From assembly GCA_913045225.1 (NCBI GenBank), contig CAJWPC010000001.1:79128-143127 (forward strand): a stretch of DNA of 64,000 nt, read 5' to 3'. This DNA is from an uncultured Rhodobiaceae bacterium. Its GTDB lineage: Bacteria > Pseudomonadota > Alphaproteobacteria > Rhizobiales > TMED25. The notes below the pieces were generated by a model, which worked only from the letters and a program-made list of their open reading frames with translations, was not told where the DNA came from and ran no database searches. Positions 29,435-42,874 of the stretch are shown here, one piece after another (positions within the stretch are counted from its first letter, which is position 1; every line of letters begins with the position of its first letter). A program made the translations under genes and the position numbers.

Positions 29435-29890
29435 CTAAAAATTCTCCCATTGATATAACTTCCTCAAGTCACTCTCCTTTTGCTCGACCCATATCTCTTT
29501 ATCAGGGTATATTTCTTTTTTCCAGAATGGTGCTGAACTTTTCAGGAAATCCATGATGAATTGATTAGCGCTCATACTATCAGAGCGATGACTTGATCCA
29601 GTTATTACCAAAACGATGTTGTCGTTTGGTTTTAATGAACCATATCTGTGTAGTACCCTAATGTTATTAAGAGTCCATTTCGAGCACGCAATTTCTGCCA
29701 TATTTTTGATTTCTTTTTGAGCCATTTCTGGGTAGCAATCAATCTGCATACTCTGTAGGCCATTCTCAGGTCGTACCTTACCAATGAAAATTGAGACAGC
29801 TCCATGATCAGAACTATTCTTATTAAAGATTTCTAACTCCTCAGTAAGATCAAAATCATCTTTTGTGATATTAATATCCATATTAACCAC
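29435..29890 (-). CDS. moaE: Molybdopterin synthase catalytic subunit
   Basis: GAVSIFIGKVR, YPEMA, HRYG.L, DFLKS.APFWKKE. Confidence 0.95.
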   Translation of the reverse strand: MVNMDINITKDDFDLTEELEIFNKNSSDHGAVSIFIGKVRPENGLQSMQIDCYPEMAQKEIKNMAEIACSKWTLNNIRVLHRYGSLKPNDNIVLVITGSSHRSDSMSANQFIMDFLKSSAPFWKKEIYPDKEIWVEQKESDLRKLYQWENF

Positions 29891-30134
29891 CCGTCATTGG
29901 AGGAAAGAAGGCTACCTCATCAGCTTTTGATATCAACTCATTTTCATTCACTAGAACTTGGTTTACCGCGAATTTGATACTTTTTCTTTTTTCGAAAGCT
30001 TTTTTGTAAGCTTCATCGATTGAGGATAGATAATCAATGAGTTGTCCTATTGTTTCGATTCCAGATGGTATTTCTAAACTCTCTTCCCGTTTATCAATAA
30101 TTTCTGCTATCCATGCGAAATACTTAAGATTCAT
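29883..30134 (-). CDS. moaD: Molybdopterin synthase sulfur carrier
   Basis: YFAW, AVNQ, DEVAFFPPMTGG (C-terminal GG). Confidence 0.96.
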   Translation of the reverse strand: MNLKYFAWIAEIIDKREESLEIPSGIETIGQLIDYLSSIDEAYKKAFEKRKSIKFAVNQVLVNENELISKADEVAFFPPMTGG

Positions 30135-30711
30135 TTTCTTTCTTTTTTATAATGCTTCTATGAACAGTTTTTATATATATCATCAGAGATATTACACTTA
30201 TTATTGCTGTAGCATAGATAAATGTGTTTGTAAGATTTATTATCTGTATGCCTGAGTTACGAGTGAGTGATACCAAAAAAAGTAGAATTAGTGAAATAAA
30301 TTGTAATGTTGTTTTTAATTTTGATAGCCTAATTACATCTATCATTATTCCCTGATGCGCTGTTATTTCTCGCATTGTCATTACTATTATCTCCCTAGCT
30401 GTGATAATCAGTATCCCGATTGTGGTGTAAGTATTGAGCAAATCAGAATTTATGAACATCATGAATGCCAAAATGACCAGAAGCTTATCAGCAATTGGGT
30501 CTAGGATTTTTCCAAGTACTGATGTTTGATTTAATTTTCTTGCAAGATATCCATCAAGAAAATCAGAAAGAGATGCCAGAATAAAAATAATAAAAGCCAA
30601 TAATTGTAGAATGTATATTCCTGACAAATAGAATACGAGAATAAATGGGATAGATAGGAGTCTAAAATATGTAATTAAATTTGGTATGGAATATAGGGAG
30701 CTTTTTTGCAT
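30124..30711 (-). CDS. pgsA: CDP-diacylglycerol--glycerol-3-phosphate 3-phosphatidyltransferase
   Basis: PNLITYFR, DFLDGYLAR, GKILDPIADK, REI, KLKT. Confidence 0.93.
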   Translation of the reverse strand: MQKSSLYSIPNLITYFRLLSIPFILVFYLSGIYILQLLAFIIFILASLSDFLDGYLARKLNQTSVLGKILDPIADKLLVILAFMMFINSDLLNTYTTIGILIITAREIIVMTMREITAHQGIMIDVIRLSKLKTTLQFISLILLFLVSLTRNSGIQIINLTNTFIYATAIISVISLMIYIKTVHRSIIKKKENES

Positions 30712-30720
30712 TTTTATATT

Positions 30721-32574
30721 TTATCTATTTTTAAACGAAGAGTGTATATCTTTTGCTATCTTTTCATTTATCCCAGGAACTTTTATTATATCTTCAAAGC
30801 TTGCTTCACTTATAGACTTTATGCTTCCAAAATGTCTCATCAACTGTTGCTTTCTCTTCAGCCCAATGCCTTCGATATCATCAAGTCTAGAGTAATTAAT
30901 TTGTTTAACTCGTCTTGTTCTGTGGCTACCTATTGCAAATCTGTGAGCTTCATCTCTGATGCGTTGTAAGAAAAAAAAGATAGGGTCATTCTTGTCCAAA
31001 ATGAAAACCCCTTTGTCTTTTGAGTGTATCTTTTCATTACCATATTTTCTATTTTTATCTTTTGATATACTTATAACCTCAATATCTTTTATCTTATTCT
31101 CTTTTATTATATCAATCGCAATATTCAATTGACCTTTACCCCCATCAATTACAACAAGGTCAGGAGAACTATCTTGAAAATCTGTCTCAGATAGTTTTGC
31201 AAATCTCCGTGTGAGAACCTCTCGCATCATAGCATAGTCATCACTTGTTGAGATATCTCTCGATTTTATATTAAATTTTCTATAATTCTTATTATCAAAA
31301 CCGTTTTGACCAACAACGATCATAGCGCCGACTGGAAAGCTGCCCTGGGTATGGCTATTATCGTAGACTTCAATTCTACGTGGTACTTTATTTAATTGTA
31401 ATTTCGTGGCAAGTCCTTCAAGTAGACTCTGCTGATCTTGCATCTGGTTAACTTTTCGATTAAGAGCCTGTTCAGCATTCATAAGCACTTTTTTAACAAG
31501 TCTATATTTTTCACCCTGTTTAGGTTGTGTAATTTTTATTTTTCGCTTGTTTTTTTCTGATAAAGCACTTGCAAGAAGTTTTTCACTAGGTAATTTCTCA
31601 GACACGATTACGTTATTTGGGCATGGGTGAGATGTATAAAACTGAGCGATAAATGAGTCTAGTATTTCTGGATTTTTATCAAGCTTATTCGCGATGGGGT
31701 AGTATTCCCTATTACCCCAATTTTGACCCGCCCTGATAAAAAAAACTTGTATGCACACGATATTATTTAATCGACTAACGCCAAAGACATCTGCATCACC
31801 AAGATTTGAATTATTTATAGATTGTTGGGATATTATTTTGTTTATGGTCTCTAATCTATCTCTTAGTTTTGCCGCATTCTCGTAATTAAAGTTTGCTGAT
31901 TCCCTCTGCATGTCAGTATAAATTTTATCTTTGATATTGCTTGCATGTCCATTCATAAAATCTTGCAGGTCGTTAATCAGATGGTCATAATTTTGTTTAG
32001 TAATTTCTCCTGTACATGGCGCAGAGCATCTGTTTATTTGGTATAAAAGACAAGGTCTAGATCTATTTTCAAATACATGATTACTGCAAGTTCTGATTAA
32101 GAAGGCTTTCTGTAAAGTATCAATGGTCTTGTTGACAGCGCCAGCAGATGCAAATGGTCCATAATAATCACCATTTAACTTATTATCACCCCTATATTTC
32201 ATCAATCTTGGGTAATCATGTTCCTTATTGACCAGTATTTTTGCAAAAGACTTATCATCGCGCATGGCGATATTATATTTTGGTTTGTTTTTCTTAATAA
32301 GATTTGCTTCTAAGAGAAGTGCTTCAGCTTCAGTGCCAGTTATTGTAAACTCCATTGATCTTGTCTCTGAGATCATTTTCTTTATTCTGTATGTATGATT
32401 GTTGAGATTTGTATAGCTTTTAACCCTATTGAATAAGTTTTTTGCTTTTCCGATGTATAATATATTTTTGTTGTTATCGAGCATTTTATATACACCAGGC
32501 TTCTTGGTGAGATCTTTGGAATAAGACCTGATGGTAAGAATGCCTGTTTCAGTATTCGTTAGTTCTCTCTTCAT
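30721..32574 (-). CDS. uvrC: Excinuclease ABC subunit C
   Basis: GIY-YIG (PGVY...YIGKA), C-x-YQI..CSAPC, IEVYDNSH, IDGGKGQ, RDEAHRFA, HhH tail. Confidence 0.98.
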   Translation of the reverse strand: MKRELTNTETGILTIRSYSKDLTKKPGVYKMLDNNKNILYIGKAKNLFNRVKSYTNLNNHTYRIKKMISETRSMEFTITGTEAEALLLEANLIKKNKPKYNIAMRDDKSFAKILVNKEHDYPRLMKYRGDNKLNGDYYGPFASAGAVNKTIDTLQKAFLIRTCSNHVFENRSRPCLLYQINRCSAPCTGEITKQNYDHLINDLQDFMNGHASNIKDKIYTDMQRESANFNYENAAKLRDRLETINKIISQQSINNSNLGDADVFGVSRLNNIVCIQVFFIRAGQNWGNREYYPIANKLDKNPEILDSFIAQFYTSHPCPNNVIVSEKLPSEKLLASALSEKNKRKIKITQPKQGEKYRLVKKVLMNAEQALNRKVNQMQDQQSLLEGLATKLQLNKVPRRIEVYDNSHTQGSFPVGAMIVVGQNGFDNKNYRKFNIKSRDISTSDDYAMMREVLTRRFAKLSETDFQDSSPDLVVIDGGKGQLNIAIDIIKENKIKDIEVISISKDKNRKYGNEKIHSKDKGVFILDKNDPIFFFLQRIRDEAHRFAIGSHRTRRVKQINYSRLDDIEGIGLKRKQQLMRHFGSIKSISEASFEDIIKVPGINEKIAKDIHSSFKNR

Positions 32575-32581
32575 ATAATTT

Positions 32582-33331
32582 CTAATTCTCTATAAAGTCT
32601 GGCGTCTTCCAGGATAAGTGTTGTCCAGAGTCGATTGCGATTATCTGACCTGTAACCGATTCTGTACTTAAAAGGAATTTAATTGCATTTGAGATATCTT
32701 TTATACTTGGTTGTTTTTTAAGCGGTGTATTGTTTGCTTCAGCATCAAACATCTCTGTTGTCTGATCATGGTTTGCTAATATGGGACCTGGTGCAATTGC
32801 ATTAACTCTAATTGTTGGACTGTATTCTTGAGCCATCATTTGAGTAACGCCCCACAAACCAAACTTGCTGACTGAATAACTAAAATATGAGGGATTTAAC
32901 CTCATTACACGCTGGTCGATTATGTTAATAATATTATTGTCTCGATCTTTTTGGTGTATCTTACATAGATGCTTTGATAGTAAAATTGGTGCCAAAAGAT
33001 TTATATCCATATGTTTAGAAAAATTGTCAATTGTAATATTTTTAGCACTGTCATCTTCAAATACTGATGCACAATTAATGATTGTATCCAGATCTTGTCC
33101 AACATCTTTTGTAATTTTATCCAGCATATTGATAATATCGTTCTCCTTTGACAGGTCAGCTTTATAGATAAATGCTTCTATTTTTTTATTTTTTAGGTCA
33201 TTTTGTAATTTTTTAGCATCTACATCGGAATTGTTATAATGAATTAAGATACGATTACTCTCATGACCGAGTTCTTCTGCAATTGACTTACCAATTCTTT
33301 TTGCGCCACCAGTTATTAATATTGTTCTCAT
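32582..33331 (-). CDS. SDR family oxidoreductase (pteridine reductase-like)
   Basis: TGGAKRIG, HYNNS, NCAS.F, YSVSK, RVNAIAPG; start reassigned to MRTILITGG (33331). Confidence 0.88.
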   Translation of the reverse strand: MRTILITGGAKRIGKSIAEELGHESNRILIHYNNSDVDAKKLQNDLKNKKIEAFIYKADLSKENDIINMLDKITKDVGQDLDTIINCASVFEDDSAKNITIDNFSKHMDINLLAPILLSKHLCKIHQKDRDNNIINIIDQRVMRLNPSYFSYSVSKFGLWGVTQMMAQEYSPTIRVNAIAPGPILANHDQTTEMFDAEANNTPLKKQPSIKDISNAIKFLLSTESVTGQIIAIDSGQHLSWKTPDFIEN

Positions 33332-33347
33332 TAAGTGCTCCACTACA

Positions 33348-35360
33348 TCAATGATCTTCATCGATAAGTAAATTTTTATTACTTAGCCTTTTTAGTTCAT
33401 CCCTAATTCTTGCAGCCTCTTCAAATTCAAGATTTGAAGCAGCATCTAGCATTTCTTTTTTTAATCTTTCAACTTTCTTACCAAAATCTTCTTCTTTCAG
33501 TTCTATTTTACTATCTATTCCAACATTATAGTAATCTTTTTCATAAATTGAATAATCAAGGTCATCAACATTTCTCGATATTGTTTCGGGGGTAATATTA
33601 TTATCGTTGTTGTATAGTCTTTGTTTTTTCCTTCTTCTCTCAGTTTCTGCTAATGCATTAGATATTGAATTTGTAACTTTATCGGCATAAAGGATTACTC
33701 TCCCATTTACATTTCTTGCCGCTCTTCCAATAGTTTGTGTGAGTGATGTCTCAGATCTTAAAAAACCCTCTTTATCAGCGTCAAGTATTGCCACAAGTGA
33801 ACACTCTGGAATATCTAGGCCCTCCCTAAGTAGGTTTATACCAATTAATACATCAAAAATTCCCTTTCTCAGGTCCCTAATTATTTCAATACGTTCGATC
33901 GTATCAATATCTGAGTGTAAATAGCGAACCCTAATACCTTTTTCATGCATAAATTCAGTCAAATCTTCGGCCATTTTTTTTGTGAGAACTGTGATCAGTA
34001 CTCTCTGATTACTTTTTGTTGCATTATTTATTTCGTCAACAATATCCTCTACCTGATTTTTTACTGGCCTAATCTCTGTGGTTGGGTCAATTAGACCAGT
34101 TGGCCGAATAATTTGCTCAATAAATCTACCTCCAGTTTGGCTCAATTCCCACTTACCCGGTGTAGCTGAAACATAAATAGTTTGAGATCTCATACCATTC
34201 CACTCATTAAAATTTAGGGGTCTATTATCCTTGCATGATGGCAACCTAAAACCATATTCAGATAAGTTTTCTTTTCGGCTCAGGTCCCCCTTATACATCG
34301 CACCCAACTGAGGGATTGTTACGTGACTCTCATCAATGAAAACAATTGCATCTTTTGGCATAAACTCAAATAATGTAGGTGGTGGATTACCCTCTCGTCT
34401 TCCTGATAAGTACCTCGAGTAATTTTCTATGCCTGCGCATGTTCCGGTAGTACCTATCATTTCGAGATCAAATATTGTTCTTTGTTCTAATCTTTGGGCC
34501 TCAAGCAACTTATTCTCTTTATTGAAGAAATCTAGGCGTGACTTTAGGTCATTTTTTATTTGCAGCATTGCTGTCTCGAGAGTTGGCTTTGGGGTTATAT
34601 AATGAGAGTTTGCAAATATTGTTATTGAATTAATATTGTCAAAAATTTCACCAGTAAGAGGGTCAAATTCTTCAATTGACTCAACGTCATTACCAAAGAA
34701 AGATATTCTCCAAGCTTTATCGTCATAATGGGCCGGAAATATTTCAAGCGTATCTCCCCTGACCCTAAATGTGCCGCGATAAAAATTTAGATCATTTCGT
34801 TTGTATTGGAGCTCAACTAATCTCGTAATAATCATCCGCAGGTCAATATTCATATTAACTTCAATTTTCTCTGTCATATCAGCATATACATCCAAAGGCC
34901 CAATCCCATAAATGCATGACACTGATGCAACGATAATAAGATCCTTCTTTTCAATAAGTGATCTTGTTGCTGAGTGCCGCATTTTATCGATCTGCTCGTT
35001 TATTGAGGCGTCTTTTTCAATGTATGTGTCTGTCCTTGCAACATATGCTTCTGGTTGATAATAATCATAATATGATACAAAATATTCGACAGCATTTTGG
35101 GGGAAGAAAGATTTAAATTCACCGTATAATTGAGCTGCAAGTGTTTTATTTGGTGCCAATATAATGGCAGGGCGTTGAACTTCTTCAATTATCTTTGCCA
35201 TGGTATATGTTTTACCAGAGCCAGTTACACCAAGTAATACTTGATCTTTTACTCCATTATTTAATCCCTCTGTAAGTAATTTTATCGCATTTGGCTGATC
35301 GCCTGAGGGCATAAACTTGGATTGTATTTGAAATTTATTTTGGACCAAATCTGTAGACAT
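33348..35360 (-). CDS. uvrB: Excinuclease ABC subunit B
   Basis: [44 protein letters not shown] domain. Confidence 0.99.
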   Translation of the reverse strand: MSTDLVQNKFQIQSKFMPSGDQPNAIKLLTEGLNNGVKDQVLLGVTGSGKTYTMAKIIEEVQRPAIILAPNKTLAAQLYGEFKSFFPQNAVEYFVSYYDYYQPEAYVARTDTYIEKDASINEQIDKMRHSATRSLIEKKDLIIVASVSCIYGIGPLDVYADMTEKIEVNMNIDLRMIITRLVELQYKRNDLNFYRGTFRVRGDTLEIFPAHYDDKAWRISFFGNDVESIEEFDPLTGEIFDNINSITIFANSHYITPKPTLETAMLQIKNDLKSRLDFFNKENKLLEAQRLEQRTIFDLEMIGTTGTCAGIENYSRYLSGRREGNPPPTLFEFMPKDAIVFIDESHVTIPQLGAMYKGDLSRKENLSEYGFRLPSCKDNRPLNFNEWNGMRSQTIYVSATPGKWELSQTGGRFIEQIIRPTGLIDPTTEIRPVKNQVEDIVDEINNATKSNQRVLITVLTKKMAEDLTEFMHEKGIRVRYLHSDIDTIERIEIIRDLRKGIFDVLIGINLLREGLDIPECSLVAILDADKEGFLRSETSLTQTIGRAARNVNGRVILYADKVTNSISNALAETERRRKKQRLYNNDNNITPETISRNVDDLDYSIYEKDYYNVGIDSKIELKEEDFGKKVERLKKEMLDAASNLEFEEAARIRDELKRLSNKNLLIDEDH

Positions 35361-35509
35361 TTTTAGCTGTCATTTTGTTATTATATTTTATGTATAATTA
35401 TTATGTTTACATTTAAATTTCAATATTTATAAACTATATTTTTTGTAACAAATAAATTATATTTGTGTTAGATAAATGACAGGGATCGAATATCTTCGGA
35501 GGAATTGTA

Positions 35510-37023
<1,514 letters not shown>

Positions 37024-37025
<2 letters not shown>

Positions 37026-37061
37026 AAAAAACTGGACGCTAGGGCAGAGTCCAGTTTTTTT
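37024..37061. terminator. Bidirectional Rho-independent terminator
   Basis: AAAAAAAACTGGAC-gctagggcaga-GTCCAGTTTTTTT: perfect stem with A/T tails on both sides, between convergent aatA and lsrB. Confidence 0.9.
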
Positions 37062-37120
37062 GTGATGTGCAAGCGTATATGTTAATTGGGAGGTATCATA
37101 TACAATATGAGCAATTTAAC
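37024..37120 (-). ncRNA. Candidate AbcR-like (alpha-r15-type) small RNA
   Basis: About 97 nt. 5' hairpin exposing CCUCC(CA) anti-SD, 3' intrinsic terminator, directly downstream of lsrB/vtlR as AbcR1/2 are in Rhizobiaceae. Confidence 0.55.
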
Positions 37121-37180
37121 GCAATTATCTATGCAAATCTATACATAATAATGCAAAATAGATATGCATTTTTTGCAATA

Positions 37181-38062
37181 CTAAAATGCCCACTCTTTCC
37201 CTTTTTCAATAATAAATTCCCTGAAAACTGCGATTCTTTTTGAATTCCTTCTTTCTTCAGCATAGGTTAGATAGGTATCAATTTCTGGGAGTTTTGCATT
37301 GAAAGCTATTCTGACTAAATTATCATCCTGACCAACAAGATAATCCGGAAGCATTGCAATCCCAATACTGTTGGAGACCGCCATGTGTAATCCTTTTATA
37401 TTACCTATTTTTAAAATTGGTTTTATCTTATATTCTTTAGTTATATTCTCCAGCCAATTTATCTCTTTCAGATAATCGGGTGCCCTCCCATATGTGACAA
37501 TTTTATGGTTCGTAAGGTCACTTATCTTACTTGGGGTACCATACTCATCAAGATACTTTGGCGATGCGTATAAATGAAAATGAACAGTAAATAGTTTGCG
37601 TTGAATCAGATCTAATTGTTGTGGCTTATGAAACCTGATTGCGATATCGGCTTCCCTCATCCCAACATCAAGCTCTGCATCAGTTAACCTTAGCTCTAGA
37701 TTAATTTCAGGAAATTTTGAAGTAAAATCTTTAAGGCGAGGCGTAAGCCAATTAGTGCCTAGACCAACTGTTGTGGTAACAGATAAATCTCCCGATGGCC
37801 TTTCTTTGCTATCTATTAACTCAAATTCAGCTTCCTTAATTATATCAACAATATTTCTTGTCCGCTTATAGAGTAGTTCGCCCTGCTCGGTAAGTATAAG
37901 TCCTCGAGGGTGCCTGTGAAATAGCGGCATACCAACCTCATATTCGAGATTAGAAACCTGCCTACTAATAGCAGATTGACTTGTGTTAATTTCCTCACTT
38001 GCATGAGAAAAGCTACCAGCATCTGCAACAATATGAAAAATTCTTAACCTATCCCAGTCCAT
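37181..38062 (-). CDS. lsrB: LysR-type regulator, LsrB/VtlR orthologue
   Basis: DWDRLRIFH...GSF......SQSAISRQVS.LE...LFHRH.RGL.LTEQGE, VTTTVGLG; overlaps the trxB 3' end as in Rhizobiales. Confidence 0.85.
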   Translation of the reverse strand: MDWDRLRIFHIVADAGSFSHASEEINTSQSAISRQVSNLEYEVGMPLFHRHPRGLILTEQGELLYKRTRNIVDIIKEAEFELIDSKERPSGDLSVTTTVGLGTNWLTPRLKDFTSKFPEINLELRLTDAELDVGMREADIAIRFHKPQQLDLIQRKLFTVHFHLYASPKYLDEYGTPSKISDLTNHKIVTYGRAPDYLKEINWLENITKEYKIKPILKIGNIKGLHMAVSNSIGIAMLPDYLVGQDDNLVRIAFNAKLPEIDTYLTYAEERRNSKRIAVFREFIIEKGKEWAF

Positions 38063-39002
38063 TGGTATTCTTGTTTGCTAAAAAATTTTCAGCGTCCAGG
38101 GCGGCCATGCAGCCCATTCCTGCGGCAGTAACAGCTTGACGATATTTTTCATCGGTCACATCACCAGCAGCAAAGACACCAGATATTGAGGTTTTTGTAG
38201 ACCCAGGAGTGGTGAGAATGTATCCATTTTTGGTTTCTAAATCTTTTGTGAATAGTTCAGTTGCAGGTTTGTGACCAATTGCAATAAAAACACCGTCTGT
38301 TTCGAAGTGTCCTGTTTTATTTGATTTTGTGTTTCGTATATTTATGCCAGTCACAGAATTTGGATTTTTAGTACCCGTAATCTCATCTACAACACTATCC
38401 CAGATTACATTTATTTTCTTATTCTTGAATAATCTGTCTTCGAGTATCTTTTCGCATCGCAATTCATCTCGTCTATGTATGAGGGTTACTTTACTTGCAA
38501 AATTTGTTAAAAATAACGCCTCTTCAACAGCTGTATTGCCACCCCCAACGACAACTACAGTCTTATCTTTATAAAAGAACCCGTCACAGGTTGCGCAGGC
38601 TGAAACTCCAAAACCCTTGAATTTTTCCTCGGTTTCCAAACCAAGCCATTTTGCTTGGGCTCCAGTACATATAATAAGACTTTCGGCAATATACTCAGTG
38701 CCGGAGTCACCATTCATTTGGAATGGGTATTTAGATAGATTGCATAGATTGATGTGGTCATTTATCACTTCTACACCTGTGTTCTTGGCCTGCAGTCTCA
38801 TCTGATCCATGAGCCAAGGGCCCTGTATAATATCTGCAAAACCTGGGTAGTTTTCCACGTCGGTAGTTATTGTAAGTTGACCGCCGGGTTGGATACCTTC
38901 AATTAGAATTGGTTCTAGCATTGCGCGCGCAGCATAAATTGCAGCAGTGTATCCAGCTGGACCTGAACCAATTATTATTACTTTAGATTTTTTTTCAGCC
39001 AT
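38049..39002 (-). CDS. trxB: Thioredoxin reductase
   Basis: GSGPAG, GGQL..TT.VENYPG, CATCDG, GGGNTA, AAGDV.D..YRQA. Confidence 0.98.
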   Translation of the reverse strand: MAEKKSKVIIIGSGPAGYTAAIYAARAMLEPILIEGIQPGGQLTITTDVENYPGFADIIQGPWLMDQMRLQAKNTGVEVINDHINLCNLSKYPFQMNGDSGTEYIAESLIICTGAQAKWLGLETEEKFKGFGVSACATCDGFFYKDKTVVVVGGGNTAVEEALFLTNFASKVTLIHRRDELRCEKILEDRLFKNKKINVIWDSVVDEITGTKNPNSVTGINIRNTKSNKTGHFETDGVFIAIGHKPATELFTKDLETKNGYILTTPGSTKTSISGVFAAGDVTDEKYRQAVTAAGMGCMAALDAENFLANKNTNGLG

Positions 39003-39038
39003 ATATTTATAATTTATCCATTGGATACTGCGGTTAAT

Positions 39039-39515
39039 TTATGCATACTTAATTTTGATAATTTCATAGCTTTTACCGCCACCTGGCGTCGCAACTTCGA
39101 CACTATCACCGATAGTTTTTCCGATTAATGCCCTTGCAATTGGTGAGCTAATCGAAATTAAACCCTCGGAGATGTTAGACTCAAACTCACCAACAATTTG
39201 ATACTTAGCTTCTTTTTCTGTATCCTCATCTATTACGGTCACCATTGCACCAAATTTAACAATATTACCTGATAATTTTGATATATCAATGACATCTGCT
39301 CTTGATAATTTATCCTCCAGATCACTAATCTTTGCCTCATTCATTGCCTGTTGTTCTTTTGCTGCATGATACTCAGCATTTTCTGACAAATCACCGTGCT
39401 TTCGCGCTTCAGCAATCGCTGCAATAATTTGAGGTCTTTCAGTCGTCTTCAAGCGCTTTATTTCAGCTTGGAGATTTTCATAACCATTGATTGTCATTGG
39501 TATTTTATCCATCAT
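39039..39515 (-). CDS. greA: Transcription elongation factor GreA
   Basis: [23 protein letters not shown]. Confidence 0.98.
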   Translation of the reverse strand: MMDKIPMTINGYENLQAEIKRLKTTERPQIIAAIAEARKHGDLSENAEYHAAKEQQAMNEAKISDLEDKLSRADVIDISKLSGNIVKFGAMVTVIDEDTEKEAKYQIVGEFESNISEGLISISSPIARALIGKTIGDSVEVATPGGGKSYEIIKIKYA

Positions 39516-39571
39516 TTATCCTGTATGAATTCGTTCCTATTATAGTGTAAGGCTACATTACTAAATAATTA

Positions 39572-42500
39572 TTAAAAATACTCCTGCAAGGATTTAATTT
39601 TCCCTAATCCATTTATATATCTTTCGATAGCTATGACCGCCGCTAATGCGCCAGATAATGTTGTGTAGTAGGGGATCCTATTTCTTAGGGCTGCTTGCCT
39701 GAGTGATTTGCTATCTGATAATGCTTTGCTTCCTTCTGTTGTATTAATAACCAAGTTTATATTGTTATTGTTCATGGAGTCAACAACGTGTGGCCTTCCC
39801 TCTAAGACTTTATTAACTCTTTCCACACTTATTCCATTTTCAATCAGGAAGCGCTGAGTTCCACCAGTGGCAAGGATCTTAAAGCCCAGATTTTCTAATA
39901 CCCGCACAGATTCAATGATATGAGATTTATCTTTATCCTTGACTGAAACAAAAACATTTCCCTGCTTTGGAAGGGGGACATTGGTTCCCAATTGGCTCTT
40001 CGCAAAAGCAATTCCAAAGTCATCTCCAATTCCCATAACTTCTCCTGTTGATTTCATCTCAGGACCCAACAAAACATCAATCCCATCGAATTTGGTGAAG
40101 GGAAAAACGGCTTCTTTAACTGCGATGTGTCTCCTAGTTGAGATTTTCTTTGGTGGTTTAAAACCTCTACCTGTTATAATCTCCGTAGCTATTTTCGCAA
40201 CAGGGTAACCTGTAACCTTTGCAACAAATGGGATGGTTCTGCTTGCGCGTGGATTTACCTCAATTATGTAAATTTCATCATCTTTGATTGCAAATTGTAT
40301 GTTTATACAACCTATAATATTGAGTGACTCACTTATTGCATTTGTTTGTCTTTCAAGTTTGTTGATAATATTAGACTTTAGTGAGTAAGGGGGGATGGAG
40401 CATGCGCTATCGCCTGAATGAACGCCAGCCTCTTCGATATGCTGCATTATTCCACAAATATGAACCTTCTTTCCATCAGAAATTGCGTCAACATCTACCT
40501 CAACTGCATCCGAAAGGTATCGATCTAAAAGCAATGGATTATCTTTTAGAAGAGTATCAATTTGCCTCTCTCTGTTTTGGGGATATTTTGATTTTATGCT
40601 CTCTGGGATCAGTTCCGGTAAAGTGCTTTCAATATAGTCATCATAGTCATTTTCATCCCTTAGTATTACCATCGCTCTGCCACCTAAGACATAAGATGGC
40701 CTCAGGATAATTGGTAAACCAATATCTAAAATTGATTTACGAGCTTCACTTATGGAGTAGGCAATTTTATTTTCCGGCTGTTTTAACTTTAAGTCTCTAA
40801 TTAATTTTTGAAATCTGTCTCGATCTTCTGCGAGGTCAATAGCATCAGGTGAAGTCCCAAGGATATTTATACCTCTTTTTGATAGTTCCTCGGATAATTT
40901 TAGCGGCGTTTGCCCCCCAAATTGTACAATTACCCCAATTAATTTACCAGTTTCCTGCTCTAATTTTATAATTTCAAACACATCTTCCGTCGTCAGAGGT
41001 TCAAAATATAGCCTATCAGATGTATCATAATCTGTGGAGACAGTCTCTGGATTACAATTTATCATTATTGTTTCAATACCCATCTCTTTAAGTGCGAAGC
41101 ATGCGTGGCAGCAGCAATAATCAAATTCAATTCCCTGACCAATTCTATTTGGCCCGCCACCAATGATAATTATTTTTTCATTATCACTCGGATTTGCCTC
41201 ACAATCCATGTCCTGATTATCGAAATGGCTGTAAGTAGAGTACATATAGGCAGTTAATGTTTGGAATTCAGCTGAACAAGTATCAATATGTTTGAAGACT
41301 GGCTTTATGCTTAAATCTTCCCTTATTTGTCTTACATAGTGCTCTTCTTCTCCTATCAAATTAGCAAGTCGCGCATCAGAGAAGCCATACGATTTTAAAA
41401 GGCGAAAATTTTCCTGATCTTTTGGTAACCCATAAAGTTGTATCTTATTTTCAATATCAATAATTTCTTGCAGTTTATCAATAAACCACGGATCAATTTT
41501 ACATGACTGATGGATTTGTTCGTGAGATATACCAAGCCTCAATGCTTGTGCAACTTTTAATATACGATTTGGTGTTGGCTCACCTAATTCAGCACGTACA
41601 ATATTTTTTTTTGCATCTTTACCAATATCTGAAAACTCGATTGGGTCCAAACCAGTTAAACCAATTTCTAGGGATCTAAGTGCCTTTTGAAGGCTCTCGG
41701 CAAAAGTTCTACCAAATGCCATTGCTTCGCCAACGGATTTCATCGAGGTTGTTAATAACGGCTCAGCATCTGGAAATTTTTCAAATGCAAATCTCGGTAT
41801 TTTTGTAACAATGTAATCAATTGTAGGTTCAAAAGAAGCAGGTGTTTGGCCTCCTGTTATATCATTTGAAAGTTCGTCAAGAGTGTATCCTAGGGCTAAT
41901 TTAGCAGCTACCTTAGCAATTGGAAATCCCGTGGCTTTTGAAGCTAATGCCGATGATCTTGAAACTCTTGGGTTCATCTCAATTACAACCATTTCTCCAT
42001 TCTCGGGATTCACTGCAAATTGTACGTTTGAACCACCAGTTTCTACTCCAATTTTGCGGAGAATTGCGATTGAGGCATTTCTCATAATTTGATACTCTTT
42101 ATCAGTTAGAGTTAACGCTGGAGCGACGGTAATTGAGTCACCTGTGTGAATACCCATTGGATCAACATTTTCTATAGAGCATATGATTATGCAATTATCA
42201 TTTTTATCTCTTACAACCTCCATTTCATATTCTTTCCAACCCAAAACAGACTCCTCAATTAAAACTTCTGAAGTTGGTGAAGCATCGATACCATTCTCAA
42301 CTATTTTAATAAACTCCTCACGTGTGTAGGCGATGCCACCACCAGTTCCCCCAAGGGTAAAAGAGGGACGAATTATTACCGGAAGACCAAGTTCAACTAA
42401 AGCATCGAGTCCTTGTGATAGATTATGAGCTAGAAGTGATTTTGGTGTTTTCAATCCAATCTCCCCCATTGCTTCTCTAAAAAGCTCTCTATCTTCCGCC

Positions 42501-42874
42501 ATGTCGATAGCTTCAGATGATGCCCCAATCATTTCGACATTATGCTTGTCAAGTACCCCTAATTTTTTTAGAGAAAGCGTCGTGTTTAGAGCTGTCTGCC
42601 CACCCATTGTTGGCAGAATTGCATCAGGCTTTTCTTTTTCTATAATTTTTTCTAAAAGCTCAGGTGTTATTGGTTCGATGTATGTAGCGTCTGCTAATTC
42701 TGGATCGGTCATTATTGTGGCTGGATTCGAATTAATTAAAATTACACGGAAACCCTCCTCTTTGATTGCTTTTAATGCTTGTGTTCCAGAATAATCAAAT
42801 TCACAAGCTTGCCCTATGACAATTGGTCCAGCGCCAACAACGAGTATAGACTCTATATCACTTCTTCTTGGCAC
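39572..42874 (-). CDS. carB: Carbamoyl-phosphate synthase large subunit (GTG start)
   Basis: [17 protein letters not shown], duplicated ATP-grasp domains, [20 protein letters not shown] domain. Confidence 0.99.
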   Translation of the reverse strand: MPRRSDIESILVVGAGPIVIGQACEFDYSGTQALKAIKEEGFRVILINSNPATIMTDPELADATYIEPITPELLEKIIEKEKPDAILPTMGGQTALNTTLSLKKLGVLDKHNVEMIGASSEAIDMAEDRELFREAMGEIGLKTPKSLLAHNLSQGLDALVELGLPVIIRPSFTLGGTGGGIAYTREEFIKIVENGIDASPTSEVLIEESVLGWKEYEMEVVRDKNDNCIIICSIENVDPMGIHTGDSITVAPALTLTDKEYQIMRNASIAILRKIGVETGGSNVQFAVNPENGEMVVIEMNPRVSRSSALASKATGFPIAKVAAKLALGYTLDELSNDITGGQTPASFEPTIDYIVTKIPRFAFEKFPDAEPLLTTSMKSVGEAMAFGRTFAESLQKALRSLEIGLTGLDPIEFSDIGKDAKKNIVRAELGEPTPNRILKVAQALRLGISHEQIHQSCKIDPWFIDKLQEIIDIENKIQLYGLPKDQENFRLLKSYGFSDARLANLIGEEEHYVRQIREDLSIKPVFKHIDTCSAEFQTLTAYMYSTYSHFDNQDMDCEANPSDNEKIIIIGGGPNRIGQGIEFDYCCCHACFALKEMGIETIMINCNPETVSTDYDTSDRLYFEPLTTEDVFEIIKLEQETGKLIGVIVQFGGQTPLKLSEELSKRGINILGTSPDAIDLAEDRDRFQKLIRDLKLKQPENKIAYSISEARKSILDIGLPIILRPSYVLGGRAMVILRDENDYDDYIESTLPELIPESIKSKYPQNRERQIDTLLKDNPLLLDRYLSDAVEVDVDAISDGKKVHICGIMQHIEEAGVHSGDSACSIPPYSLKSNIINKLERQTNAISESLNIIGCINIQFAIKDDEIYIIEVNPRASRTIPFVAKVTGYPVAKIATEIITGRGFKPPKKISTRRHIAVKEAVFPFTKFDGIDVLLGPEMKSTGEVMGIGDDFGIAFAKSQLGTNVPLPKQGNVFVSVKDKDKSHIIESVRVLENLGFKILATGGTQRFLIENGISVERVNKVLEGRPHVVDSMNNNNINLVINTTEGSKALSDSKSLRQAALRNRIPYYTTLSGALAAVIAIERYINGLGKIKSLQEYF

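Noticed and set aside
35367-35482. 9-bp inverted repeat CTGTCATTT ... AAATGACAG flanking the uvrB/ABM divergent spacer
   Set aside because: Short and widely spaced; compatible with chance, with no invertase nearby.
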